Of a stretch of 51,465 bases of DNA, positions 1 to 8,166 are shown one piece after another. The number at the start of each line of letters is the position of its first letter. Within the stretch, counting starts at the first letter, position 1. Both the position numbers and the translations under genes were made by a program. The stretch is from a virus: the UHGV virus genome UHGV-0241168; one strand, 5' to 3'. The notes below the pieces were generated by a model. That model had not been told where the DNA came from, ran no database searches, and saw only the letters and a program-made list of their open reading frames with translations.

Positions 1-441
1 CGGAGCGGCGTCCTGGTCGTCCAGAAACGCTTTCGCAATTTCGGCATAGAAGTCGATGTTGCTGACATTGAGCTTCTTAGCAACCTTGCTGTAATCCGAA
101 TAGACCATGTTCATAGCTACCCACCATTGATATGGGTCGCAGTTGATTCCCCTCTGCGTCATGATCTGGTTGGTTTGTTCCAACGTCCAGTGAGGGCCGG
201 TAGTGCCGTCTACATTCTGCATTGCGCTGGTCCACTCTTTCGCCTCTTCCTGTGTGAACGGTTTAGCTGAATTGGAATAGGAAGGGTTTCTGTTTTCCCA
301 TTGGCAGATAGCGTTGTAAGCGCCGCTGTAAGCGCTTAAACGTTCTGCCGTCCGTTCGCTCATTGGTTCAACCATGCATTCCGCAATTTTTAAAAGGAGC
401 CATTCTCGGGAGCCTTCCCGCGCTTCGTTGGTGCCATTCAT
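1..441 (-). CDS. Conserved phage cassette protein, 5' part (147 codons; completed by 51424..51465)
   Basis: Manual translation MNGTNEAREG...FTQEEAKEWTSAMQNVDGTTGPHWTLEQT...WWVAMNMVYSDY...FYAEIAKAFLDDQDAAP with no stop before base 1; absent from the ORF track because it is truncated. Confidence 0.85.
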   Translation of the reverse strand, partial: MNGTNEAREGSREWLLLKIAECMVEPMSERTAERLSAYSGAYNAICQWENRNPSYSNSAKPFTQEEAKEWTSAMQNVDGTTGPHWTLEQTNQIMTQRGINCDPYQWWVAMNMVYSDYSKVAKKLNVSNIDFYAEIAKAFLDDQDAAP

Positions 442-453
442 GGCGGCACCCCC

Positions 454-867
454 TTACTCACGGTCCAGCTGTTCCATGCAGCGGCGGATAGCCTCACGCT
501 CCCGCTCATTTGACACAGAGCCCATCATATCCTCCAACTGGGCCATCATCTGCTCTTTTGCATCATGACGGCTGTAACCGCTTTCACGACCGCGATTACT
601 GTAACCATCTCGGGAGTAGTGACCCCGGACGTAGTGTTTTCCGCGATTGGCGTAGCTGGAACCGCGGTTATAAGCCCCGCGCCCTTCCCAGTCTCCGGCC
701 TCGGAGTAACCACCATCTTCCTCCAGAGCACAGATTTTGTCAATGTTCTTGATGGTGTCGGTGAGCTTATGTGCCAGCTCCAAATCGCCAGCGCCCAGCT
801 CTCCCTTCCGAGCTAGTTCCTCCAGCTCCATCTCAAACTTATCTTTCAGCTCATACAGTGCTTTCAT
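454..867 (-). CDS. Hypothetical protein with helical ends and a central RG/YS-rich low-complexity region
   Basis: MKALYELKDKF start after AAAGGAGAG RBS; tightly packed operon. Confidence 0.85.
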   Translation of the reverse strand: MKALYELKDKFEMELEELARKGELGAGDLELAHKLTDTIKNIDKICALEEDGGYSEAGDWEGRGAYNRGSSYANRGKHYVRGHYSRDGYSNRGRESGYSRHDAKEQMMAQLEDMMGSVSNEREREAIRRCMEQLDRE

Positions 868-881
868 TTTGCTCTCTCCTT

Positions 882-1304
882 TCAGCATACACGCTCAACG
901 ATCACGTTGGCATTTTCCAGCTCAATCGTCTCTGTGGAGGTGTTTTTGACAGCCACTGTCACACAGCAGCCCCGGGGAACCTCAATAAATGCGGCAGCAA
1001 ATACATTGAAGAACTCATTAACTGCTGCAGGGGTGACAATAGCGGTCGCACTTCCAAGGGCCTCGCCCTCCACGGCGATAGCGACAGAGATGGGTCCAAC
1101 TGTCCCGCCGGTCGGGATGGCAATATTCCCGCCAAATACCACCTTGTAACGGGCACGGCACTGATTGGTCATCCCTCGCAGAGTGATGATACCAGAACCT
1201 TCCCGATGAACGATACAATTGGAGCCGGAAACGGGCGTTTCGCTGAAAACTGCATTCCCATTAGCCGCGATCTGCTGAACAAATACTCCGGTAAATTCAG
1301 CCAT
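882..1304 (-). CDS. All-beta protein, possibly BclA C-terminal/C1q-like jelly roll
   Basis: 140 aa alternating hydrophobic beta pattern (G.ITL...YKV.F.GNI...), AGAAAGGA RBS; the fold is an inference. Confidence 0.6.
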   Translation of the reverse strand: MAEFTGVFVQQIAANGNAVFSETPVSGSNCIVHREGSGIITLRGMTNQCRARYKVVFGGNIAIPTGGTVGPISVAIAVEGEALGSATAIVTPAAVNEFFNVFAAAFIEVPRGCCVTVAVKNTSTETIELENANVIVERVC

Positions 1305-1323
1305 AAAATCAATCCTTTCTCGT

Positions 1324-1356
1324 AAAAGAATACGGCGGAGCCATTGCCCCGCCGCG
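1324..1356 (-). terminator. Intrinsic terminator-like hairpin inside the cassette
   Basis: GCGGCGGGGC-AATG-GCTCCGCCGT followed by ATTCTTTT on the minus strand. Confidence 0.55.
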
Positions 1357-1419
1357 TTGTTGTAGTATCGGCACGGGGCCGAACATTCCGGTCATGCCGG
1401 AAAGCTGATGTATTTGGTT

Positions 1420-2235
1420 TTAGCAGCCACAACCGCAGGAGCTATAGCACCCACAACCGGCATAAGGGTTCGGAACCTGATAGGCCGGAACGGGACACGG
1501 ACGGAGCTGGTTGACCAAGTAATTGTTCTGAGCCTGCTGAGAAGCCGCCAGCCGCAGAGCCTGATTCTCGTCCCGCAGGGCCTGAGCCTTATCCGCCGCA
1601 AGGTAATCAATGATGCGATCTCCCACGCGGTCAATGGCTTGCAGGGTGTTGCAATTCATCTGCTGGGCCTCGAAGCGCGTCTGCATGGTGGACTTCTCAA
1701 TGTCACAGCAGCAATTTTGAATCTGGTTCTGGATGGCAGTGGTGTTCATCACACCCTGGGTAGTGTTCGCCTGGATCATCGCCTGTGTCGCATTTGCGTT
1801 TTGAAGCGCGTCATAGCGATTGGTGCAGCAACAGTCTGCAATCTGTGCCTGCAAAGCGTTGTTGCCCTGCATGATTGCCATCTGGGTTGCGTTGCCGTTG
1901 GTCAAAACAGCGGTGTTTAAACCGTTGATCTGCTGTGCGGTAGTGTAAAAACCGTCGCAAAGACCCTGCTGAACAGTGTCCAGCTTGCGCTCTACCTGGG
2001 CGAAGTCAGAGGCGAGGACATAGTTGTCGATAGCCCCGGAGCCGGAGGGGGTTGCACCGTTTCCATTGCCGCCCCAGTTGCCGCGATTCCAACCACCGGC
2101 GAAGATAAACAGGAACAGGATAATAATCCACCACGAGCCATCGTTACCCCAGCCCATGCCACCGCCGCCATTGCCGCTCGTAGAACCAGCTGGAACCACA
2201 GGCATGGTAAAGGGAGTTTCAGAATTAAGAGACAT
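1420..2235 (-). CDS. Gly-rich/hydrophobic N-terminus, Gln/Asn coiled-coil, Cys-cluster protein
   Basis: 271 aa; WWIIILFLFIFAGGW segment; DCCC, NCCCD and C-terminal GCGCYSSCGCGC; GAAAGGAG RBS. Confidence 0.9.
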   Translation of the reverse strand: MSLNSETPFTMPVVPAGSTSGNGGGGMGWGNDGSWWIIILFLFIFAGGWNRGNWGGNGNGATPSGSGAIDNYVLASDFAQVERKLDTVQQGLCDGFYTTAQQINGLNTAVLTNGNATQMAIMQGNNALQAQIADCCCTNRYDALQNANATQAMIQANTTQGVMNTTAIQNQIQNCCCDIEKSTMQTRFEAQQMNCNTLQAIDRVGDRIIDYLAADKAQALRDENQALRLAASQQAQNNYLVNQLRPCPVPAYQVPNPYAGCGCYSSCGCGC

Positions 2236-2291
2236 GTGATTTCTCCTTTCAAAATTTGTTTTCTATGCTAAATCGTGGCCACGATTCAAGC

Positions 2292-2516
2292 CTATTGATT
2301 GCTCATCATTTGCTGAAATGCTCTTGCCATTCCCTGCAATTCGTTGAATTGCGCCTGGGTCATCTGTCCGGAATTAAGAAGCTCCTGTACCTTTGCTTTT
2401 GGGTCACCCTGAAAAGTTTGGCGGAATTCCTTGAACTGTTGGAGCATTCCCATCATGTTTCCCATAGGGCCGGGGAGATTACCGCCGCCCATAGCGTTGA
2501 AAAACGGATTACTCAT
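2292..2516 (-). CDS. Small Met/Gln/Asn-rich helical protein
   Basis: 74 aa, overlaps the stop of the upstream gene. Confidence 0.85.
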   Translation of the reverse strand: MSNPFFNAMGGGNLPGPMGNMMGMLQQFKEFRQTFQGDPKAKVQELLNSGQMTQAQFNELQGMARAFQQMMSNQ

Positions 2517-2970
2517 CGTTCGCGGCCTCCTTCTTCGCCTTTGCGATTTTTGGCGTACTCAGAGCGTCCACACGGGCCGCTAGAGCGTCCAACTGCTCCC
2601 GGGTGGCATATTCCACTGCCGGGGCCTGCGAGGGCTGTGCAGGGCTTGCAGGAGCATTTGAGGCGATTCTTTCCACCAGGTCGTAAATCTTGGTAGTGGG
2701 CTTTCCAGAGGCGTCAGCCTGTTTGAGGTAGATCACCGGCGCGGTGCTGTCCCACAGGGCAACGGCACTATTGGGAGCTACCGGGTACTCGAATGCCGCC
2801 TGCCCACCGGGAACCCACACAATCTGTGTGTTGTTCTGCTGGGGTGGTTGTTGCATATTTTGCAACGGTTGGGGCTGATACTGCCCAGCTCTCAGCTGTG
2901 CCATCTGGTCAGGCATAGGCGGCTGATAGGGTTGATAGGGATTGTAGTAAGACGGATAACCATAAGCCAT
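2509..2970 (-). CDS. Protein with Tyr/Pro/Gln-rich N-terminus, small beta domain and C-terminal coiled coil
   Basis: 153 aa, GAAGGAGG RBS. Confidence 0.85.
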   Translation of the reverse strand: MAYGYPSYYNPYQPYQPPMPDQMAQLRAGQYQPQPLQNMQQPPQQNNTQIVWVPGGQAAFEYPVAPNSAVALWDSTAPVIYLKQADASGKPTTKIYDLVERIASNAPASPAQPSQAPAVEYATREQLDALAARVDALSTPKIAKAKKEAANDE

Positions 2971-2973
2971 GAA

Positions 2974-3342
2974 TTAATCCTCCTTCATCCAGTAGTACAA
3001 AACGATCTCATTCCCGCTGTCCCAGGTGTCATATATAATAGAATCCTGAACGCAGACCACATGTCCGGACAGCGCCAGAATATAGGTCCCATGAGGGTTC
3101 TCTGTTGCGAAATCCGCTACAGACATATCATCTCTGACAATATCCCTCTCGAAGCCCTGCCTGCGCAGATACGCTCCCCACACGGCGTTGCTTGAAGGCA
3201 TATCTTTGAGCAGGTTCCCTTCAATGCAGAGATTCCAATAGGTAGCGTCCCAACTTTGGCCCAGGGCTTTAGAAATCGCTCTGACTGTGCAATCTCCAAC
3301 ATTGCGTCCGGCTGGGTTTTCGTTGTAAAATTCAAACCGCAT
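2974..3342 (-). CDS. Papain-fold/C39-like cysteine peptidase-like protein
   Basis: Start refined to MRFEFYN; GDCTVRAI, GHVVCV and YDTWDS give a Cys-His-Asp arrangement. Confidence 0.65.
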   Translation of the reverse strand: MRFEFYNENPAGRNVGDCTVRAISKALGQSWDATYWNLCIEGNLLKDMPSSNAVWGAYLRRQGFERDIVRDDMSVADFATENPHGTYILALSGHVVCVQDSIIYDTWDSGNEIVLYYWMKED

Positions 3343-3505
3343 ATTCACGCCGGTCATCGAACAACAATTCCTGCTGCCGGATGAACGCCTCCAATTCTGA
3401 AAATTTTCCCTCTGCCGCGTACTGAAAACAAGTGTCTGTGGCATTAGAGGCCGTCCATCCACAGGCTACCAGCCGCTTGACAAGCTCAGACCCATTCACA
3501 AGCAA
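3332..3505 (-). CDS. Small hypothetical protein, first gene of the cassette
   Basis: Probable TTG start 9 nt after AAAGGA; overlaps the next gene. Confidence 0.6.
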   Translation of the reverse strand: MLVNGSELVKRLVACGWTASNATDTCFQYAAEGKFSELEAFIRQQELLFDDRREYAV

Positions 3506-3677
3506 AATAACACGTCCTTTCAAACAAAAAACGGAGTCCGTGAGGAGGGCGGCGACGTGTACCAACCCTTGAATCCTCACGTCCTCCATGTCTCTATTGT
3601 CGCATAAAAAATCCCCGCATGGGTGGCATCCATGCGGGAGTTATGTGGAAGTTATGATGAAATCCTTTTTCCTTATA

Positions 3678-3706
3678 TTGTATTGGATATGCTGACATGG
3701 TATAAT
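3678..3706 (+). promoter_or_regulatory. sigmaA promoter of moron
   Basis: TTGTAT-17-TATAAT with TG extension. Confidence 0.7.
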
Positions 3707-3732
3707 TTATTGTATAAAAGCGAGGTGATAGT

Positions 3733-4620
3733 ATGGAAGGAAAAAGTTGTTTAACGTTTTCTTTTTGCGGAGACAATGAAGTAAGCGCCTTAGCTGTATC
3801 TGATGCTATAAAATCTCTGGTTGAATTGTCAACAGTTATTTACGAAAAAGAATATCCAGATGTTGAATTTCGGCTAACTGTTCGCGCCGTAAATCCCGGA
3901 AGTTTAGAGTTTGTATTTTCTGCCGCCGCGTTTGTAACAGGAACTTTACTATCTCCGGAAAATGTGAATTATGCAGCTGATTTAATTTCTGTAATGGGGG
4001 CCACATTTTCTATAAAGAAATTTCTGGCTGGAAAACCTCCGAAGAGCGTTAAAAGAGAAAACGGTAGAACTGTTGTTATAAATGCTAACGGGATTAAAGG
4101 AGAGTTCCCTGTTGGAGCTGGGGTATTTTTTGTAGATAACCGTGTAGACAATTCTGTTAGAAACATTATAAACTGTGCCTCGCTTTCAGATGGTGTTACT
4201 GGAATTTCAATAGATGCAAATGGAAAAATAGAGATTTCAAGAGAAGAGTTTGATGATTGTTTTCAAAAATTAGAATTAGATTTACTTGAAGATAAATCTG
4301 ATGTAGAGCCAATTGTATCAATGAGCTACAAACAGGTTTTATTTATCAGGCAAGTCGATTTTTCTGGAGACTTAAAGTGGAGATTTACAGGAATCAACGA
4401 TGAAAATATTACAGCCTCCATTCTTGACAAGGATTTTATGGAAAAGGTTCACTCCGGAGGTCAAAATATAAATGCTAATATGTACTTAATTGCAGATGTG
4501 CAATCTACAGTTCATATTTTGGAAAACGGAAGACCAGACAAGTCTAAATGTACTTACGAAATAATAAAAGTTCATTCCATCAAATCTCCTGGGGATGGGC
4601 AGATAACATTCGATGTATGA
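3733..4620 (+). CDS. AT-rich moron, hypothetical protein (possible C-terminal OB-like domain)
   Basis: 295 aa, opposite strand, own promoter, GAGGTG RBS, visibly AT-rich. Confidence 0.85.
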   Translation: MEGKSCLTFSFCGDNEVSALAVSDAIKSLVELSTVIYEKEYPDVEFRLTVRAVNPGSLEFVFSAAAFVTGTLLSPENVNYAADLISVMGATFSIKKFLAGKPPKSVKRENGRTVVINANGIKGEFPVGAGVFFVDNRVDNSVRNIINCASLSDGVTGISIDANGKIEISREEFDDCFQKLELDLLEDKSDVEPIVSMSYKQVLFIRQVDFSGDLKWRFTGINDENITASILDKDFMEKVHSGGQNINANMYLIADVQSTVHILENGRPDKSKCTYEIIKVHSIKSPGDGQITFDV

Positions 4621-4654
4621 AAAGGAGCCGGGTTAATCCCCGGCTCCCTTGTTT
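4621..4654. terminator. Hairpin between convergent genes, probable bidirectional terminator
   Basis: AAAAGGAGCCGGG-TTAATC-CCCGGCTCCCTTGTTT. Confidence 0.65.
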
Positions 4655-4893
4655 GTATAGAGTTGTTTTGCTACTTCCTCAACCCTTTGGAATATGTACT
4701 TTTCATGGTCACTAACTGTGCTTCGGTACCATCCCAGTTCCGCCGCCACGTCCATCTGACCCCATTTATCAATGATTCGTCGTTTTGCGATCAATTCATC
4801 GTCTTGGTTTAGGGCAGACTCATAGATGGCTCTTTCCAGCTGAGAGCGCAAGAGTTTATCCAGCGGCGGCGGTAATTTCACTCTTGCGCTCAT
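4633..4893 (-). CDS. Small sigma region-4-like HTH protein
   Basis: MSARVK start; QMDVAAELGWYRSTVS helix-turn-helix. Confidence 0.75.
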   Translation of the reverse strand: MSARVKLPPPLDKLLRSQLERAIYESALNQDDELIAKRRIIDKWGQMDVAAELGWYRSTVSDHEKYIFQRVEEVAKQLYTNKGAGD

Positions 4894-4907
4894 TGGTCCA
4901 CGTCCTT

Positions 4908-6242
4908 TTACTTCAAATTGTGATACCTGTACAGCATCACAGCAAACTGTCTGCGGGTAACGGGCTGGTCCAGCATCATGTCGCCGTTCGTGCTGCCCAG
5001 CATAATGCCGTTCTCCTGCACCCACTGGACAGCCAGATCACTTTCAGAAGGCTTGTCCACAGTTTCCTCCTTCCAGGCAATCCCCAGATAGTTCAGGACG
5101 CCCTTTGCTTCCGCTTCCGCCAGTTTCTGCCGGTATGCGGAGTTCTTGAGATTTGCGGCGTCTGTTTGATTGGTGTGGAAGCCATGCTCGATTAGAACAG
5201 CCGGAGCCACGGTGCCTTTCAGGACATACAGCGACGGGTCCGCCACAATCGGTGTAGACCTGACAGTAATTCCGGCGTCTTTGACGGCCTCCAGGATATC
5301 CTTTGCTGCCTCATAGCCGCTCCCGCTGGTCTTATAGACATATGCGCTCCAGCCAGAGGCAGAAGACCAGCCTCCATCTCCAGCGGCGTTGCTGTGCAGG
5401 CTCACGAACAAATCCAGGTCTTTGATGGCGTTTGCAATCGTACACCGCTGCGCAAGGCTGACTTCCCCGCCGCCAGTCCTGGTCATGGTGGCAGCAACGC
5501 TATGCCGCTCCAGGATGCTCTGAATGAGTTTCCCCATGTCCAGGGCAAACTCATGCTCATAATAGGTTCCGTCCGGGCTTTTGTTGGCGAGGTTTCCCGC
5601 GTCATGGCCCGGGTCCAGGACCACCTTCTTCTTTTCCACAGTTGTCTCCCCTTTCTTGAGATAGACCAGAATCAAATCATGCACGGCTCTGCTGCTCTGG
5701 ATGACCGCGCCCTTGAAATAACACTGGCTGGAGCCGCCGCCATCCAGCATAACCGCGGAATCCCATCCTGCCGCTGTCAGATCGTCCCTGAGCGATTCCG
5801 GCGTCCGGGTCATACTCCCTCCGTCCCTCGTACAGTACAGGGCCAGAGAGCCGCCCTTGACGCCAATGGCAGAGCGTCCCCGTTTGCCGCCCTGCCCCAC
5901 GTCATAGATCAATTTGGAGACTGGCTTTCCGGAAACAATCAGCGGTGTGCAAGTGATATAATTGCGCTGAGAGGCGTCTGGCAGCGTGTCCATAGAAATG
6001 TCCGGCCCATCATTCCAGGAGTAGCCGGAGACTGTGTAAGCCGGTTTGCAGAGTACCTTTCCGTCTGCTTTCAAGTGGCAATTAGGTACAAATGTACTCA
6101 TGTTATAGAGCGTGCCGTTGAGGATGTAATCCGCCCCGGTCTCCCTCTGAATTTGAGAGAGAGACCGGCGAGCGGTGTTGATGTAGAGCTGGATGCGCTG
6201 GATATCTTTCAGGGGGATTGTTACCGCCAGATGGTCAGGCAT
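4908..6242 (-). CDS. Endolysin: phosphodiester glycosidase (NAGPA-like) + Amidase_3 + SLH
   Basis: RSAIG and MLDGGGSSQ motifs; VVLDPGH/E/FVSLHSNA/PAVLIE zinc amidase motifs; C-terminal GIMLG...VTRRQFAVMLYR SLH pattern; next to holin. Confidence 0.88.
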   Translation of the reverse strand: MPDHLAVTIPLKDIQRIQLYINTARRSLSQIQRETGADYILNGTLYNMSTFVPNCHLKADGKVLCKPAYTVSGYSWNDGPDISMDTLPDASQRNYITCTPLIVSGKPVSKLIYDVGQGGKRGRSAIGVKGGSLALYCTRDGGSMTRTPESLRDDLTAAGWDSAVMLDGGGSSQCYFKGAVIQSSRAVHDLILVYLKKGETTVEKKKVVLDPGHDAGNLANKSPDGTYYEHEFALDMGKLIQSILERHSVAATMTRTGGGEVSLAQRCTIANAIKDLDLFVSLHSNAAGDGGWSSASGWSAYVYKTSGSGYEAAKDILEAVKDAGITVRSTPIVADPSLYVLKGTVAPAVLIEHGFHTNQTDAANLKNSAYRQKLAEAEAKGVLNYLGIAWKEETVDKPSESDLAVQWVQENGIMLGSTNGDMMLDQPVTRRQFAVMLYRYHNLK

Positions 6243-6513
6243 TTCCACCACTCCCCAGCTGCTTGAAAACCTGATTTGCACCGGTAGCCGCCAGGCCAGA
6301 CACGATGCCGACAGCCGCAGCGGTGATGTAATCCGTGGCGGGGAATTCTGGCATAATGAACATGCCCGCAACACCCAGAACGCCGCCAAACACTCCGCAG
6401 ACAATGGGAATCCACTTGTTGTCAAGCCCGGATGCCTTCACGCCTTGCCCGATCAGCAGGCAAATGACGGTGATCGCCGCCACGCCGGTGATGCCGAGAG
6501 AAGAAACATCCAT
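6235..6513 (-). CDS. Holin
   Basis: 92 aa, three hydrophobic segments, NKWIP motif, directly upstream of the endolysin. Confidence 0.88.
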   Translation of the reverse strand: MDVSSLGITGVAAITVICLLIGQGVKASGLDNKWIPIVCGVFGGVLGVAGMFIMPEFPATDYITAAAVGIVSGLAATGANQVFKQLGSGGNA

Positions 6514-6516
6514 AGA

Positions 6517-6918
6517 TTAACCCCTCCCGTGGTCCTTGTCGTAGTCCGCCATAGACTTGGGCTGATACTTGCAGGACCCGTCCTCGGCATAGATGTACCG
6601 CAGAGCGCCCTTCACCACGTCCACACCATGATACTTGGGCCGGTTGTACACCATATCCTGTTCGGGGATGTACTTGTCGATCTCCTCCTGCCACGCGACA
6701 GCGCCGGTGAAGGTGTGCATGGAGGCCCACCAGGGAGTTTCAACGGGAGCGGGAATAAAGCCCTCCTCCATCTCTTCCTTCGTCCAGCCGCCTCCAGGAT
6801 TCTTGTTCGGGTCCAGAGAAAAGTTCGCGCCAGCCTCTTTCAGCTTCGCGTTGGCTTCCTCCACCGTGATCTTACCGGCCTTGTACTGCTCCATGATGTC
6901 GTTGATGGTCTTGTTCAT
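6517..6918 (-). CDS. Hypothetical protein
   Basis: 133 aa with AGAAAGGA RBS, in the lysis region. Confidence 0.75.
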   Translation of the reverse strand: MNKTINDIMEQYKAGKITVEEANAKLKEAGANFSLDPNKNPGGGWTKEEMEEGFIPAPVETPWWASMHTFTGAVAWQEEIDKYIPEQDMVYNRPKYHGVDVVKGALRYIYAEDGSCKYQPKSMADYDKDHGRG

Positions 6919-6939
6919 AATATGTACTTCCTTTCTTTT

Positions 6940-7269
6940 TTACAGCCCGATTCGGGCCAGAATAAACGTAATCACTGCCGCCAGGACCGCCCAAATCGCT
7001 TTATCCACAATGGAATCCCAGCGCTTCTTTGGGCTGGCCTGTTCTGTCTCCTGCCATGCGATCAGCTTGTCCAGCTTTTTCATGATGTTGTTATACTGTT
7101 CGTTCCGGGCGGCTTCTACCTTTTCAAGCTCCCGAATGCGGTCAAACATCTCTTTATGAGTCCCTCGCGCGGATTCTCGGAGTTCCGTTATCTGTTTTTC
7201 TAGCATGTTTGCTTTTTGCAGGCCCAAACAATCCCGCTGTGGGTCTATGATACATTTTTCATTACTCAT
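6940..7269 (-). CDS. XhlA-like lysis accessory protein (coiled coil + C-terminal TM)
   Basis: Coiled coil followed by AIWAVLAAVITFILARIGL; position before holin. Confidence 0.65.
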   Translation of the reverse strand: MSNEKCIIDPQRDCLGLQKANMLEKQITELRESARGTHKEMFDRIRELEKVEAARNEQYNNIMKKLDKLIAWQETEQASPKKRWDSIVDKAIWAVLAAVITFILARIGL

Positions 7270-7314
7270 GGGCAGCACCGCCTATCTGTGGTATAATCTT
7301 TTTGAGGTGATGAT

Positions 7315-7509
7315 GTGGATATGGATTTGTATAAAGTTACCGTGATCTGCTCAAAGTGTGGACGAATGGCCCCTTTCACTCTGCCAGATGGTTCCAATAT
7401 ATGGGGTTCTTGGGACTGGCATCATCCCTGTTCCTTTTGCGGGGAAACTGCATGGGTTGCCCACGAACCGGGCCGGGACTGGAAAACCGGGAAGCCGCTG
7501 GACCTTTAA
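7315..7509 (+). CDS. Small zinc-ribbon moron
   Basis: CSKC and CSFC pairs; TGgTATAAT at 7289-7297 and GAGGTG RBS. Confidence 0.65.
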   Translation: MDMDLYKVTVICSKCGRMAPFTLPDGSNIWGSWDWHHPCSFCGETAWVAHEPGRDWKTGKPLDL

Positions 7510-7599
7510 GGTTTGGCGCGCATACTTAATCTCGCTTTTTTAGAAAAAGCCTGTGTGATTTGCTTGTTGAAAATGTATGGACATTACGCCACAAAGATT

Positions 7600-8097
7600 T
7601 CATGTTACTTTGTATACTCTCACATCAGTGCCAGGAGCATTCATATCGGTAACATTTCCTGATAATGTCAGATATGAGCTATATTTCATATAAATTAAGG
7701 TGCCCTGCACGGCATTGAATGAGTCTCCACTTGCTGTACTAGGGGTTACTAATACACTAGTCTGAATAAGATAGCCTGCATTCAAAGCTGTAAAATATAT
7801 ACGAATATTATCAGATATACCTGAATTTGTAATCGTGATCCTTTTCACAGCTGGCGCTTTAACAGATAGTGTACCCACAACATTAACACCGGACACGCTT
7901 GTAAATGTCTTTCCACTCGTTACATCTGCCGCAGTAGCGGTTCCCAGGTTTGCAAGCATATCACAAACTTCTGCCGTGCCAGTGATTATTTCACCGCTGC
8001 TATCTATGGCCTGTTTTCCGGCAGCTAGATTCTCCGCTGTTGCTGGATTAGACAGCTCTGGAAGAGATGTACCAATGATCATCTGATTTGCAATCAT
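7600..8097 (-). CDS. Tail fibre-associated protein
   Basis: Shares LP.L.NP.TA...GKQ.ID..GEI.TGT and ATAADV..GKTFTS motifs with 12883..13650. Confidence 0.7.
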   Translation of the reverse strand: MIANQMIIGTSLPELSNPATAENLAAGKQAIDSSGEIITGTAEVCDMLANLGTATAADVTSGKTFTSVSGVNVVGTLSVKAPAVKRITITNSGISDNIRIYFTALNAGYLIQTSVLVTPSTASGDSFNAVQGTLIYMKYSSYLTLSGNVTDMNAPGTDVRVYKVT

Positions 8098-8166
8098 GTG
8101 TCCTCCTTCATCAGTAGCAGCAATAGGCAGACTTTCTATTGGCTACAACGCATATATTGAGGAAAA

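Noticed and set aside
3630..3690. Sporulation sigma (SigK/SigE) promoter for the cassette
   Set aside because: CATAACTT fits a -10, but no correctly spaced -35 was found; better explained as phased repeats
5394..7203. Long plus-strand ORFs (290 and 336 aa)
   Set aside because: Antisense shadows of the GC-rich endolysin, holin and neighbouring genes; no recognisable motifs
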